The position numbers were made by a program, and so were the translations under genes. Below are positions 12,095-25,106 of a stretch of 64,000 bases of DNA, one piece after another (within the stretch, counting starts at the first letter, position 1; every line of letters starts with the position of its first letter). This stretch comes from Octopus sinensis (lineage: Eukaryota), in the NCBI RefSeq assembly GCF_006345805.1, contig NC_043021.1, positions 2,666,001-2,730,000 of the forward strand, read 5' to 3'. Under the pieces are notes generated by a model, which saw only the letters and a list, made by a program, of their open reading frames with translations, was not told where the DNA came from and did no database searches.

Positions 12095-12400
12095 CGCCAC
12101 AAATCCGGTCGTTTTCGCCGAATGTCCTCCGACCCAAACGCTTCAAAACGTCACAGAAGAACTCTTGATTGACGGTCTGGCCCTGAGGGATGAAAAATTC
12201 GTCCGCGGGTCACGCTCGTTAGGTCTTCCAGGGTCGTTCTTCCACTTTTGAAGCACCCGTGCCACTCGAAACATTGCCCCGTTGCCTCGTCGCTGTAAGC
12301 TTGACGAAGCGTGCTCAATGTCTTCGTAGCAGACTTCCTACGTTTGACCCTAAACCTCACATCGGGTCTTTGTCCCTTGTCTATGACAAAATCGCAGATT
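12095..12400 (-). mobile_element. Mariner transposase N-terminal HTH remnant
   Basis: GQRPDVRFRVKRRKSATKTLSTLRQAYSDEA..QCFEWHGCFKSGRTTLED matches the mariner N-terminus. Confidence 0.8.
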
Positions 12401-12536
12401 ACTGCATACACGTAATCACGAAAACACAAAAAAGAGGGAGAGTGAAAAAGAGGGCGAGAGAAGCGTCCATGACGTGAGGTAGAGGGAATGTGATTGTAAC
12501 GCTTTCACGGGATTAGTTGAAGGGAAAGAGAGAACA

Positions 12537-12577
<41 letters not shown>

Positions 12578-12721
12578 TATTATTATTATCATTATTATTA
12601 CCATTATCACCAAGTAAACACAGCTCACACTGCCTCATGAAAGTCACTGCTAAGCTTTTCACTGCGAACGCAACCGTGGTGCTGCCACCTGTTGGCGCGC
12701 TACAGAACTAGTCCAAAACGT

Positions 12722-12960
12722 TTTAATACCTATTTCTTTATTACCCACAAGGGGCTAAACATAGAGGGGACAAACAAGGACAGACATAGTATTAAGTCGA
12801 TTACATCGACTCCAGTGCGTAACTGGTACTTAATTTATCGACCCGAAGAGGATGAAAGGCAAAGTCGACCTCGGCGGAATTTGAACTCAGAACGTAACGA
12901 CAGACGAAATACGGCTACGCATTTCGCCCGGCATGCTAACGTTTCTGCCAGCTCGCCGCA
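12722..12960 (-). mobile_element. SINE family B
   Basis: Reverse complement of the family B consensus. Confidence 0.85.
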
Positions 12961-13606
12961 CCCCGTATACAATACCCGTCAAACAATACCCGTTGATGTA
13001 CTTTTGTCGCATCCATGACTTGACTTAGATTCCTTTGTTTTGTCTCCGTCGATGACCTCTGCAATGACCTGACCTGACCTCCTTACTCCAGGTCTGTCTC
13101 AGTCTCTCTAGGCTTTTCTTAACAATATTCGTGTTTTATGAGGTGACGAGCGGTGCGTGGGAATGTGTGTGAGAGTGTGTGTGTGTGTGGGTGTATGGTG
13201 GAGAGTGTCTGTGCGGTGTTGCTTTTGTATTTTTATGGTTTGTTATGATATATTTGGCAGTTTTGTGTGTCTGTGTGTACAGTGAGGTCTTTCCTGTCGC
13301 ATTTCTTTATTGCCCATCCACCCGACCCACCCGACTGTCTGTGTCTTCATTTCTATCTTTTTTGTATGTCAAATAAATAAAGAATTTATCCACAAAAGTA
13401 CTTCTCGCAAATGAACACACATATGTGCGCTCATCTACAGGCATGAACACGTGCTTATAGACATCGGTGCACATAATGCCCACAGATATATATATATTAT
13501 TATATATATACAGAAAACACACACACACATATATGCTAATAGAAATGCATGATATATATTTGTGTATATATATATGTATATGTTATATTATATATATATA
13601 TTATAT

Positions 13607-13647
<41 letters not shown>

Positions 13648-14014
13648 TAATATATATATATACGTATATATATATATATGTATGATATAATATATATGGA
13701 TTAACTGTTGGAGTGGATGGACGTCTATTGGTTTCTCTCCCAAGTCAGTAGCAAGCTACACAGCTTCAAAACTAACTGACCTTAAATATATATATATTTG
13801 TAACCACGTGTTTGCCTACAAACCGTAAGTACGTTTTCATTTAACTACAAAATTGTTATTATACACCTGTTTTCTTTTAATATCCTCAAACAACCAAATA
13901 ATCAAAAACTCACACCCTTAGAGAGAACATTATATATATATACACTTCTTTAACTCCAAGAAAGAATATATATATTTCAAAAATCAAAAGGAAAACAAAC
14001 AAAAGAAAAAAAAC

Positions 14015-17000
14015 ATGACTAACTTGCAGGCCTGCAACAGACGAAATTGGTCTGATAACGAAATTGATGTTTTAATAAACACATGGCTCTCTCTTCCCCA
14101 AAGAAAATCTAAATGTCTTGTGTTTGAATGAGATTGCCGAAAAAAAACATCACAATGGTCAACACACGATCCGTCAAACAGATTCGTAGCAAGTTGAAAC
14201 ATATCGAAGTATCTTTCAAATGATAAGAGGCCATTATGAAAAGCTTCTACATATTTTCACAGTTCAAGAACAACAACAGCTAGAAAATCAGCAGCCACAA
14301 ACAACAAACAACAACAGAATGAGCCACTCCTGGTCCCAGCACAATGGCTGACCCTGACATCGATCAGGCACAACAAACAACAACAACAGCCACAGCAACA
14401 AGAAAACAACAGCCACTCCTCAACTCTAGCTTACTAGACGATTCACTAAATGCCAGTATCTTTTCACCGCTCTCACAGCAACCACCACAATTATCATCAT
14501 CATCATCACCACCGCTGCCACCATCGTCTTCTATCACCAAAAATACCAACAGAAAACCAAATAAGAAACCACTGCCCTCTTCCCCCCACATCACCACCTC
14601 AATACTGCAGTAACAAAAACTTAAAGAAACATAGGAAGCAGAATGCGCCCCCCACGGCTCAAACAAGAAATCCCCAAATATGCCGCTATTCACTGCGCCA
14701 GGACTCTGCACAAATAGTGACTGCATCTTCACGCATCTACCCGGCACTAGACGCACTACCGGCCAAGGCACGCATCCCACAATAACATCAACACCACCAA
14801 ATAGTAAATCGAAATTCAAAAAACAAACAACTCGGAGTCCCAAAATCTGCAGGTATTCCCAAACGTGAGAGAACATGTCTACTGAGTGATGCCCTTCACT
14901 CATCTTCCAGGGACCCGACGCACAAACAGGAAACGGGGCCTCAAGAAACACACAAACCTGAATAACAATAAAAATAGAAACACACCATGCTGCAGTAATG
15001 CTGGTCCAGTCTTTTCAGGAAGACACAAAACAACAACAACAAAAGTGGAAACTACAACCCTATCCAACAGTGCAACCACACCTCCAGCCAAAAACTGCTC
15101 CCTAAGCAGGAAATTCTTTTTTAGCCATGTTGAACATGGCAAAAGAGATACACAAAAACATTCTAGCCATCACTCAACACCATCCTATGCTATTACCCCC
15201 CAGTGCACCAATTCCCCACATTGCTGCCACTAACACACACAAAAAATCCAAGCCCCCTGCAACAGTCAAAACCAGCCACTACACTAACCTCCACATTCTA
15301 CTCAATGCACAAGGTGTCAGCCCTTCCATCAATGCACAAAAATGGAAGGTCCAATTCATTGAAGACTGGGTTGGTAACCATTCACACCAATCCCTTCTTC
15401 ATTCTCACTGAGACCCACCTTGACAACTCCCACTTGGAAGCCGAAGTGAGAGTGAAGAATTTCCACAACCATCCGCGCGGATCGTATCGGCAGGAGGAAG
15501 GGTGGAACTGCCATTTTCCTGCATGATTCATTTACGGCAGATGGAAAAGTATATTCTCCAACGGCTACTGTGAATCAGTCACCGTGCACAACAAGCCAAT
15601 GACCTGACAGTAATTGGCTCTATAGGCCGCCCCAAACACCCATACTGTGCTTTAAAGAATGCCTCAACAGCATTAAGTGCTTTATTCAACAGTGCCATTC
15701 TAGCAACATACTCATGATGGGAGACTTCAATCTACCCTGTGTTGACTGGACTACAAACTGTTTGAAACCAAGCACTCCCGCCTCAACTGCTGACAAAGAA
15801 GCAGCAGCAGAGTCACTTTTCGACTTTACGAATGAGTTTTTCTTGTCCCAACTTGTCCTTGCACCAACAAGACATCAGAACATTTTGGACCTAGTGTTTA
15901 GTAACCACACTAACACTATACATAACGTTACAGTGGAAAAACCCTTCTTTCAGACCATGACATGGTTCTCTGTAACATGAAATTCCACCAGCCGAAAGCT
16001 AATCCTAGTGACCTTCCTCCAGCCCACCCATTTGACAACATGGATCTCCATAAAGCCAACTGGGATGCAATCAGGAACGAAGCTATCAAATGTTGACTGG
16101 TCCTACACCACACACATCTCCACCAACCATAAAACATCTTGGCAGATCTTTGTAGACACCGTCACAGACATATGTGCAAAACACTCCCCACCAAGACCTG
16201 TGAACAAAAAGTGCAGAATCCCCAAAACAGAAAAACCATTATCAGAAAAATAAAGAACAAACAAAAAAATTAACAAACTAAAGTACTGCCAACAGCAACA
16301 CACACATTCGACGGCTATCGCACTGCTTGAATCCAAAAATAAAACCTCCAACAATGCATGAAGACCCTCATCAATAACCAAAGATCAGCTGAGGAGAAGT
16401 GGGCCATTGAAAAAATCAAACTCAACCAAAGTGTTCTTTTCATTTGCGAGGAAACGCAGGGTCACTGTCTCCACTGTAGGCCCTCTAATTGACGAAACTG
16501 GCACTCTCCCAAGATAATGCCAAATCCATGGCCGAGATACTGCAGAAACAATACTGCTCTGTTTTCAGCAATCCTGATATGGCCGATCTGGGCTGTATCA
16601 GTGATGTCAACCCCCAACACACTATATCGGACATAACGTTTAGTGCCCCTGATGTCTTAGCGGCGATAAACGAAATAAAACACAATTCAGCAGTAGGCCC
16701 CGATAGGTTCCCTGCTTGTGTCCTGAAGGTGTGTCGACACCAACTTGCATCTCCCCTTGCTAATCTGTGGAGAAACTCACTGGATGCTGGCTATAATTCC
16801 AAAAAAACCTTCTGTCCCAGTTTTAGTTCAAAAGGGAAACAAGTCCCTTGCAGTGAATTACCGTCCGATCTCACTCACCTCTCATATCATCAAGGTTTGA
16901 GAGGGTGGTGAGATCTCGAATAACCCAATTTCTGGAAAGCAACAGACGGCTGATCTCCAACCAACATGGGTTCCGTAATGGAAGGGACTGCCTAACGCAG

Positions 17001-18305
17001 CTCCTGCATCACTTTGAGGACATTTTGAGAGCTTTGGGAGAGGGCTCCAACACCGATGTCATCTACCTTGATTTCAGTAAGGCCTTCGACAGGGGTCGAT
17101 CACAAGATCCTATTGAAAAAACTATCCAACATTGGTGTCTCTGGAAAGTTACTGAAATGGATTAAGTGTTTCCTGACAGACAGATCTCAACATGTTGTAG
17201 TGAAGGGGTAAAATCAAGCCCAGCCAAAGTCAGTAGTGGCGTCCGCAAGGCACTGTGCTGGGCCCACTTCTTTTCATCATTTACATTAATGACATTAATG
17301 ACATCATCAAGCACAGCAACAAAAAATCTTTGCAGATGACTCCAAGCTACAGAAGGTCATAAATGAGGCGAGTGACCGGACATGCCTTCAGTCAGATCTA
17401 CTGGCTGTTATCCAATGGGCAGAAAAAAACAATATGCTGCTGAACGAGGATAAATTTGAGCTAATCCACTTTGGAAAAGAGGATGCCCTGAAACTCCCAT
17501 ACTCCCTTCCTTCAGGTGAAACTCTCGCGGCGTCCAACAACATCAGAGACTTGGGAGTAATTGTGGACAACAACGTAAGCTGGGCCACTCATATAAACAC
17601 CAAAGTTGACATGGGCCCAGAAATGTGTTCCTGGATTCTCAGAACTTTCCAGTCGAGAGATATCCACACCATTATCCTTCTCTTCTCCACTTTTGCCCGA
17701 CCCCACTTGAATACTGTTGTCCACTGTGGTCTCCCCACACAATACAAGGTATCATAAAAGTTGAAGCACCTCAAAGGGCAATCACAAAAAAGATAGATGG
17801 CATGACAGGCCTCGACTATTGGGGTCGACTAGAAAAGCTAAAACTCTATTCTCTCCAACGTGTCGTGAGCGCTACATCATCTGCATGATGTGGAAAATAT
17901 TCCATCAGCATTGCCCAAATGATGTTGGCATCACCTTTAAGGTACATCCAAGGCTTGGGCCCGTGCCATCCGCCCAAAACAAAAATCGCACTCTCATCTC
18001 ATAACAACAATACGGGCACAATTATTTCACCTCAATTGGCCCCGCTCTTCTTTAACATTACACCAAAACACATTAAAACAGAAACTGACTCTATAGGGTT
18101 CAAGAAGTCTTTGGACAGATTCCTTCAGAAATCCCGGATAAACCCCCTACACCCGGATATGTCTCTGTAAACAATAACTCTCTACTTGAGTGGGCCATAG
18201 TGCCCAAATTTGACTGAAAGACTTCACCAGGTGGTGCTATTAAGTTAGACATGGCCTGGGCCAATAATGGCCGAAACCTATCAAAGTATCAAAGTATCAA
18301 AGTAT
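14015..18305 (+). mobile_element. Near full-length CR1-group LINE with frameshifts (ORF1 about 14015-15290; ORF2 APE-RT about 15295-18170; 5' UTR may extend to about 13700)
   Basis: APE motifs LTETHL, YRPP, MGDFNLP, PTR..NILDLVFSN; RT motifs GPDRFP, YRPISL, QHGFR, YLDFSKAFD, SG.PQGTVLGPLLF, FADD; 3' tail (ATCAAAGT)3. Confidence 0.92.
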
Positions 18306-18959
18306 ATATATATGATAAATATATATATATATAAATAGTAATGTAGGTATGTATATATATATATTATATATATAGTATTATAATATATGATATAATATAT
18401 ATGACATATATATATATATACATATAGATATGTATGTATAGATAGATATATAATATATATACATATATAGATATTATATATATAGTATGTATGATATATA
18501 GATAGATATATATATATATAGATATATCATACATATATATATGTATGTATGTAGATATATATATATATATAATATAATACATATATATTATATATAAATA
18601 TATATATGTATATATAGATATATATATACATATATATATATATACATATATATATGTATGTCTATATATATATATATATACATTATATATATATATGATG
18701 TATTATATATGTATGTATAATATATTATATTATATATATATATATACATATATATATATGTAGTATATTAATAATATATATATAATATATATATATATAT
18801 AGATATAATATATATATATATAGTATATATATATATGTATGTTATAATATATATATTGATGTATATCTTATATATATGTATATATATAAATGTTAGATTA
18901 TATATGTATATATTATAGATATCACATAATATATATTATATATATATATTATCATATAT

Positions 18960-19005
<46 letters not shown>

Positions 19006-19035
19006 TGTTATGTATGTATGTATGTATATATATAA
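18305..19035. repeat. Long degenerate (TA)n microsatellite
   Basis: Direct reading. Confidence 0.95.
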
Positions 19036-19424
19036 ACCATATTCATGTATATTACTCTGCTTTAACTCTAAATAAAACATTGATATCAAGAGTTGTACGC
19101 TTAAGTGCATGGGGTGTGTCAAGCGAATCAAAATACGGTCTTGATACTCTAATACAGCCCCGATTCTGCTTTCATTTAAAGTTCAAATATAACAGGAAAA
19201 CACGTTTAATAAAATATCAGGCTGCAAGCTGAAATGTATTGGGTTTGATTCAACTTAAGGTTTCGTTTGGAAATGTTTCCAAAAGGAGCAATGTGATACA
19301 CCGTAATTGAATTTAGCACGGCCAACTTGCTGAAGCATATGTATTTGGATACAATGTATTACACTTTCAGGCATAAGGTTATATATATATATATATATAT
19401 AATATATTATATATATAATATATA

Positions 19425-19590
19425 TATTTCTCTCCTTGTTTTTCTCCTTGTTTTTTTCTGTGTATCTTTCTGTGGAAGAGCGTAGGCTCGAAAACGTAAA
19501 GAATTTTTTCTATTCCTGAGCGTTACTAATACATTTGTTGTTTGAACACCACCTGCCTTCGTCTTTTGTCTATTTTCGTAACTTTCTCTT
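19425..19590 (+). mobile_element. Penelope-like repeat with hammerhead-like motif
   Basis: ctttctgtggaagagcgtaggctcgaaaacgtaaa; embedded in (TA)n. Confidence 0.6.
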
Positions 19591-19629
19591 TATATATATT
19601 ATGTATATTATTTTTTTAAATTTTTATTT

Positions 19630-20024
19630 TATTTTACTTGTTTCAGTCATTTGACTGCGGCCATGCTGGAGCACGCCTTTAGTCGAGAACTCGACCCCGG
19701 GACTATTCTTTTTGTAAGCCCAGTACTTATTCTATCGGTCTCTTTTTGCCGAACCGCTAAGTGACGGGGACGTAAACACACAGCATCGGTAGTCAAGCAA
19801 TGCTAGGGGAACAAACACAGACACACAAACACACACACAAAAATATTATATATATATACATATATACGACAGGCTTCTTCAGTTTCCGTCTACCAAATCC
19901 ACTCAACAAGCTGGTCGGCCCGGGGCTATAGCAGAAGACACTTGCCCAAGATGCCACGCAGTGGGACTGAACCCGGAACCATGTGGTTGATTAGCAAGCT
20001 ACTTACCACACAGCCACTCCTGCG

Positions 20025-20026
<2 letters not shown>
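19630..20026 (-). mobile_element. SINE family A
   Basis: Full-length reverse complement match. Confidence 0.9.
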
Positions 20027-20072
<46 letters not shown>

Positions 20073-20146
20073 ATAATACATATATATATATATCATAATA
20101 TATATATAATATTATTAATATATATATATATAATATATATATAATA

Positions 20147-20192
<46 letters not shown>

Positions 20193-20522
20193 ATGTATGT
20201 ATGTATGTATAAGAAACCAAAGGGTATGTACGCCGCTATATTTTTATATACAAAAAAATACAAAAATGGGGCAAGTACGCAAAACCATCCAGACAGACGG
20301 TACAAAGAAAACAAGAAGGGGTCATTCGGAGTTTTCTTTCCTCAGTCGAGTTCCAGATTATCTTTGCAATTTTGGCTCGTTATACTCGAGATTGCTCCAA
20401 TCTGGCCGATCCCAAGGAAAAACTAAGCTAAGAGCACTAGATTCCTTGGAAGCGAATGTATACGAAAACAAGGACGGAAAAAAAACGGAGAAATGGTACA
20501 CAAATACAAATAAATAATTTTC

Positions 20523-20553
<31 letters not shown>

Positions 20554-20873
20554 GGAAAATAAGACAAGGTAGAAAATGATAAAATAATTTTATCATGAAG
20601 AACATTTTAGTACCGGTTTCCGCCTTTGAGACTTTTTCAACTTAGAGTAAAGCTTGAAAAACAATTAAATTGCGGAAAAATTAAATGAAATGTTTTTAAA
20701 AAATATTTCCATAGTTTTCAAATGCAAGGGACATTTCCCTTTTTTTCTGCTTGTCTTTCTTTTTTATTCTTGTGAGGGCTTGGTAGCAGGGAGTAGGTAG
20801 TAGCAGTCCTAATATTTCATATAAGTTCTTCAAGAACACACACACACACTATATATATAATACATATGTATAT

Positions 20874-20907
<34 letters not shown>

Positions 20908-20924
20908 CTTTTTCTCTCTTTTCT

Positions 20925-21315
20925 CTCGTTTACTTGTTTCAGTCATTTGACTGCGGCCATGCTGGAGCACCGCCTTTAATCGAGCAAATCGACCCCGGGA
21001 CTTATTCTTTATAAGCCCAGTACTTACTCTATCGGTCTCTTTTGCCGAACCGCTAAGTGACGGGGGCATAAACACACCAGCATTGTCAAGCAATGCTAGG
21101 GGGACAAACACAAACATACACGCACACACATACATATATATATTAATATATACGACGGGCTTCTTTCAGTTTCCGTCTACCAAATCCACTCACAAGGCTT
21201 TGATCGGCCCGAGGCTATAGTAGAAGACACTTGCCCAAGGTGCCACGCAGTGGGACTGAACCCAGAACCATGTGGTTGGTTAGCAAGCTACTTACCACAC
21301 AGCCACTCCTGCGCC
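20925..21315 (-). mobile_element. SINE family A
   Basis: Full-length reverse complement match. Confidence 0.9.
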
Positions 21316-21329
21316 TATGTATATATATG

Positions 21330-22753
21330 ATGATAAACACTAAGTCGAGTATTTATTTGCTCTAGATGAACGGCTAATAATTTGTTGCTAGGTCTTCTTG
21401 GATGAAGATCACTATTTCTCCTTGTCTCCGTGTTCTGTGGTCGCTTCTGAGTAGTACTCAACCTGACATATGTACTTTCGCATCCAGTATGTCTGGGGTC
21501 AGGTGTATTTCACTTAGTGCTACACACATTGTCTTTCTCTGGCTGTACAAAGTCTCTTTTGCTGTGCTAGGTCTCTAAAATATGATACGTTTGTTTGATT
21601 TGTGGAGTGTGAAAGACCTTGTCCATTCGGCATTATTACTGAGTTGAGTTTGAGTGATAATGACAGCAATGGTGTGGTTGTGCACTGGGGGTAATAGCAG
21701 TGGTTGGTGCTGTTTGAGAGCGAGAAGGTTTTTTTTTTTTACTATTTCTTTTGCCAGATTCATCATCGCTAAAAAAGAATTTTCTTGTGTTGGGAGATTT
21801 TGTTGTCTGGAGTTGGTATGGTCGCACTGTTGAATATGGTTATAGTTTTATGGTTTGTAGTTGTTGATTTTACTATTGTACCCAGCAGATATCTGGGTGG
21901 CTTCTGGGTTTCAATGAAACATCACTGCCACTGTAAGGGCTGTTTCTACTGTGGATTTGGTGGTGGTTCGGTATTATGCTCTTGCTAGTGCATCGAGCCC
22001 CTGGAAGATGAGTGAAGGGACAGTCACACATCAGAAATAATCTGGGAATAGCAACAGATTTTGGGATTCCGGGTTACATGTGCAGAAGTTATTAAATGTG
22101 ATTTAGCGTTTAGTGTGGTGGTGGGGGGTGTAAGACGTGTGGTTTGACGTTGGCTGGTATTGCGAGTAAAAACTGTGCATCTTGTCCCAGGTGAAGTTAC
22201 AGTCACTGCGCATGCTAAGGCTCACGCGTTGAGAAAAGCGCCATATTTGGGGGTTTCGCGAGTTTATTATTTTATTTTAGTTACAGTTGGCAGATTTATC
22301 ATCGAGCTGTCGGGTATTAAGGGAAGCACTCCGTCGGTTACGACGATGAGGGTTCCGGTTGATCCGACCAACGGAACAGCCTGCTCGTGAAATTAACGTG
22401 TAAGTGGCTGAGCACTCCACAGACACGTGTACCCTTAACGTAGTTCTCGGGGATATTCAGCGTGACACAGAGAGTGACAAGCCGGCCCTTTGAAATACAG
22501 GTACAACAGAAACAGGAAGTAAGAGTGAGAGAAAGTTGTGGATCACCACCATCCCCTGCCGGAGCCTCGTGGAGCTTTTAGGTGTTTTCGCTCAATAAAC
22601 ACTCACAACACCCGGTCTGGGAATCGAAACCGCGATCCTACGACCGCGAGTCCGCTGCCCTAACCACTGGGCCATTGCGCCTCCACTGTCGGGTATACAT
22701 TGAGACTGAAGTGGACAGCGGGTGGTGGGGGTGGATTATTCACAGTAATAGTA

Positions 22754-22813
<60 letters not shown>

Positions 22814-23135
22814 CAGTAGAATAGGATGACGATGGTGATGAGGAGAAGAATTTGAGCCGTCCTGGCTGTGGAGAGCGAAGGAGTGTATTGTTGAACGGGT
22901 CGTCGATTGTTCTGGTAATGAAGAGTGACTTCCAGCGCTGATCTTGTCGTTGTTATTGTTGTTTAGATGTTGTAAGAGTTGTAGGAGTAGAACATGATGA
23001 CAATGATGATGGTGATGGTGATGGTGATGAGTCACTTTCGGTATTCCGAGGAAATGAGGAAGCGGATAGCTCTTGATTGTTCAGTTTAACAGTCCATCAA
23101 TTGTGCTAGTATTGAGGAGTGGCCGTGGTTGTTGT
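21330..23135 (-). mobile_element. Diverged 5' part of a LINE related to the 14015-18305 element (ORF1 plus start of endonuclease), interrupted by a SINE
   Basis: Shares PKIC.YSQ, DCPFTHLPG, ccactcctcaa..ctagc and an APE segment (LSEIHLTPDILDAKV) with the first copy. Confidence 0.75.
22310..22685 (-). mobile_element. SINE family C nested in the LINE remnant
   Basis: Reverse complement of family C. Confidence 0.9.
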
Positions 23136-23142
23136 TTACACA

Positions 23143-23214
<72 letters not shown>

Positions 23215-23560
23215 CCAGACATACTGGATGCGAAAGTACATATGTCAGGTTGTGTACAACTCAGAAGCGACCACAGAACACGGGGGCAAGGAGAAATAGT
23301 GATCTTCATCCAAGAAGACCCAGCAACAAATGTCCCTTTGTCGCTCATAAATCAAGCCCCAAATTAGCCCAGCCCACTTTAAGTTTCCTAGTCTCAGCTG
23401 GCCTGAGGGTTATATCCAACCGGAAATTAAACAGCTGCACAGGGGAGATATGAGCGCTCTTCTTGAAACCACTAAAGATTTCCTCATGCAACAAATTATT
23501 AGCCGTCCATCTAGGGCAAATAAATACTCGACTTAGTGTTTATCATCAATACAGACTTCA
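23215..23560 (+). mobile_element. LINE endonuclease fragment, inverted relative to 21330-21500
   Basis: Close match to the reverse complement of 21330-21500, plus 165 bp absent from that copy. Confidence 0.8.
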
Positions 23561-24289
23561 TTCACAATGTTCAGGCCATTCCCACAGATATTTCCGGACT
23601 TATGGGATGACTTGATACATTAGAAAGCGAGACGAACAAGTAAAACATGTAATTTATAATTCAAACATAATTGCAGAGTCGTTGTAGTAAATAAGGGACT
23701 AAGAAATAATACGTAAGGGTCTTTACAGTTGTTTCTGGAAAAGCTGAGCATGGGGATTATATGTCATTGAGCGAAGATTTCCATGTAAGCCAAATACTCC
23801 ATATTTGGAGAGAAAATCATTAAGGAATATCTTTAATAAACGATATTAGTAGTTACCAGTTTACAGAATAATTAAAGAACGTACTTAGTGAAAGATAATA
23901 GTGGTTAGCAATTAATGATCAGAGAAGTAAGGAAATCCTTAGTGAAAGATAATAGCAGTTCGCAGTTCCATTGCTGAAAGATCAAGGAATATCCTTAGTA
24001 AACGATAAAAAGAAGATACTGGTTCTATCTTCGAAGAGAAAGTTAACACATGTCACAGGAAACTTTGTAAATCTCAAAAAAGAACTTGCCGAAGAATATG
24101 CTGCAGGAATAAGTCAGCAACTTAAACGACGAGTAAATTTCCTGATCCCACACAAAATGAAATCCTAGAGGCGTACGCTCATAACACGCGGCATGAGATC
24201 AGAAAAATAGTTGAAGATTCCATGTTTATTGATGTTATATGTGATTGCTGTGGCATGGAACAAGAATCAGTTATTGTCGTTATATAATA

Positions 24290-24497
24290 AGAATAATAAT
24301 GAAATTATTGTATACAGTGCTCAGGTGCACCACAACTTGTCAGAGAGTGCATATAAAGTACATGCAGTAATGTAGAAATGTCTGGAAAGCGAACAATGTA
24401 TGAGTCAGATACATGCTTGTGTGTGTATGGAGGGGAGAAAATCAGATGTAGTGTTGGCGAATCTCAGGAAGCATGGAAGTTTTGAAGGATGCAGTTA
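24290..24497 (-). mobile_element. Retroelement 3' end with (TTA)n tail; second copy at 59400-59640
   Basis: Near-identical 200-bp block at two loci. Confidence 0.7.
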
Positions 24498-24529
24498 TGT
24501 TTCTGAAAACCAGGATGTCCACTAAGATT

Positions 24530-25080
24530 TTCTCGGCTTTTATAGCACTCCTGGCTATACTTCGGAGACAATGACTAGAAGTTATCCTGGATGTTTTTGT
24601 TTCCTAAACATTTCTCTGGACTCAAAATTATGCTGCTTTCGTCTTTGATGGCGCATGTACCATGAGCGGAAACATTTCGGGCACACAAAAGAGGTTAAAA
24701 GACATGTTTCCTGGTATATTTTGTACACTGCGGAAATCACTCTCTGGACCTTGTCCTCCAAGAAATTGCATCTAAAGTTTCCATGATCACTGATGCATTG
24801 GACTTTGTTCCCCAAAGCACCGTTCTTCTGAAAGGACCAGCCTGTGTGCTGAAAATGTCATCATGTTGCAAGCCCATGTCTGTTGCATCAAGTAAGAGAA
24901 TGTTCAGCACACGCCGCTGTTTGAAGATCTGACCCCTTACCATAATGACGCAGCAGCATCTGACACATTCTGCTGCCATGCATGGACAATTGTGCAATGA
25001 AAATACTTTGGAGCTCCTCTTGGGAAACTTTATTACCAAAATGAGCGAGTATAGAGAAATCTTTGGAATGATTTGAAGCA
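24530..25080 (+). mobile_element. Internally deleted hAT transposase remnant
   Basis: FDGACTMSGNISGTQKRLK...VHCGNHSLDLVLQ (D and CxxH motifs), then SVASSKRMFS...MTQQHL (C-terminal dimerisation domain). Confidence 0.8.
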
Positions 25081-25106
25081 TTCCTTTTTCCATGTACAAC
25101 AATAAT

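Noticed and set aside
12020-12095. Possible tRNA gene on the minus strand (and other tRNA-like heads)
   Set aside because: No acceptor stem pairing; these are SINE heads with A/B boxes.
13053-13080. Cluster of TGACCT nuclear-receptor half sites
   Set aside because: Explained by a short (TGACC)n repeat, with no promoter context.
14015-18170. Programmed frameshifting in the LINE
   Set aside because: The many 1-nt shifts fall at homopolymers and are better explained by decay or long-read indel errors.
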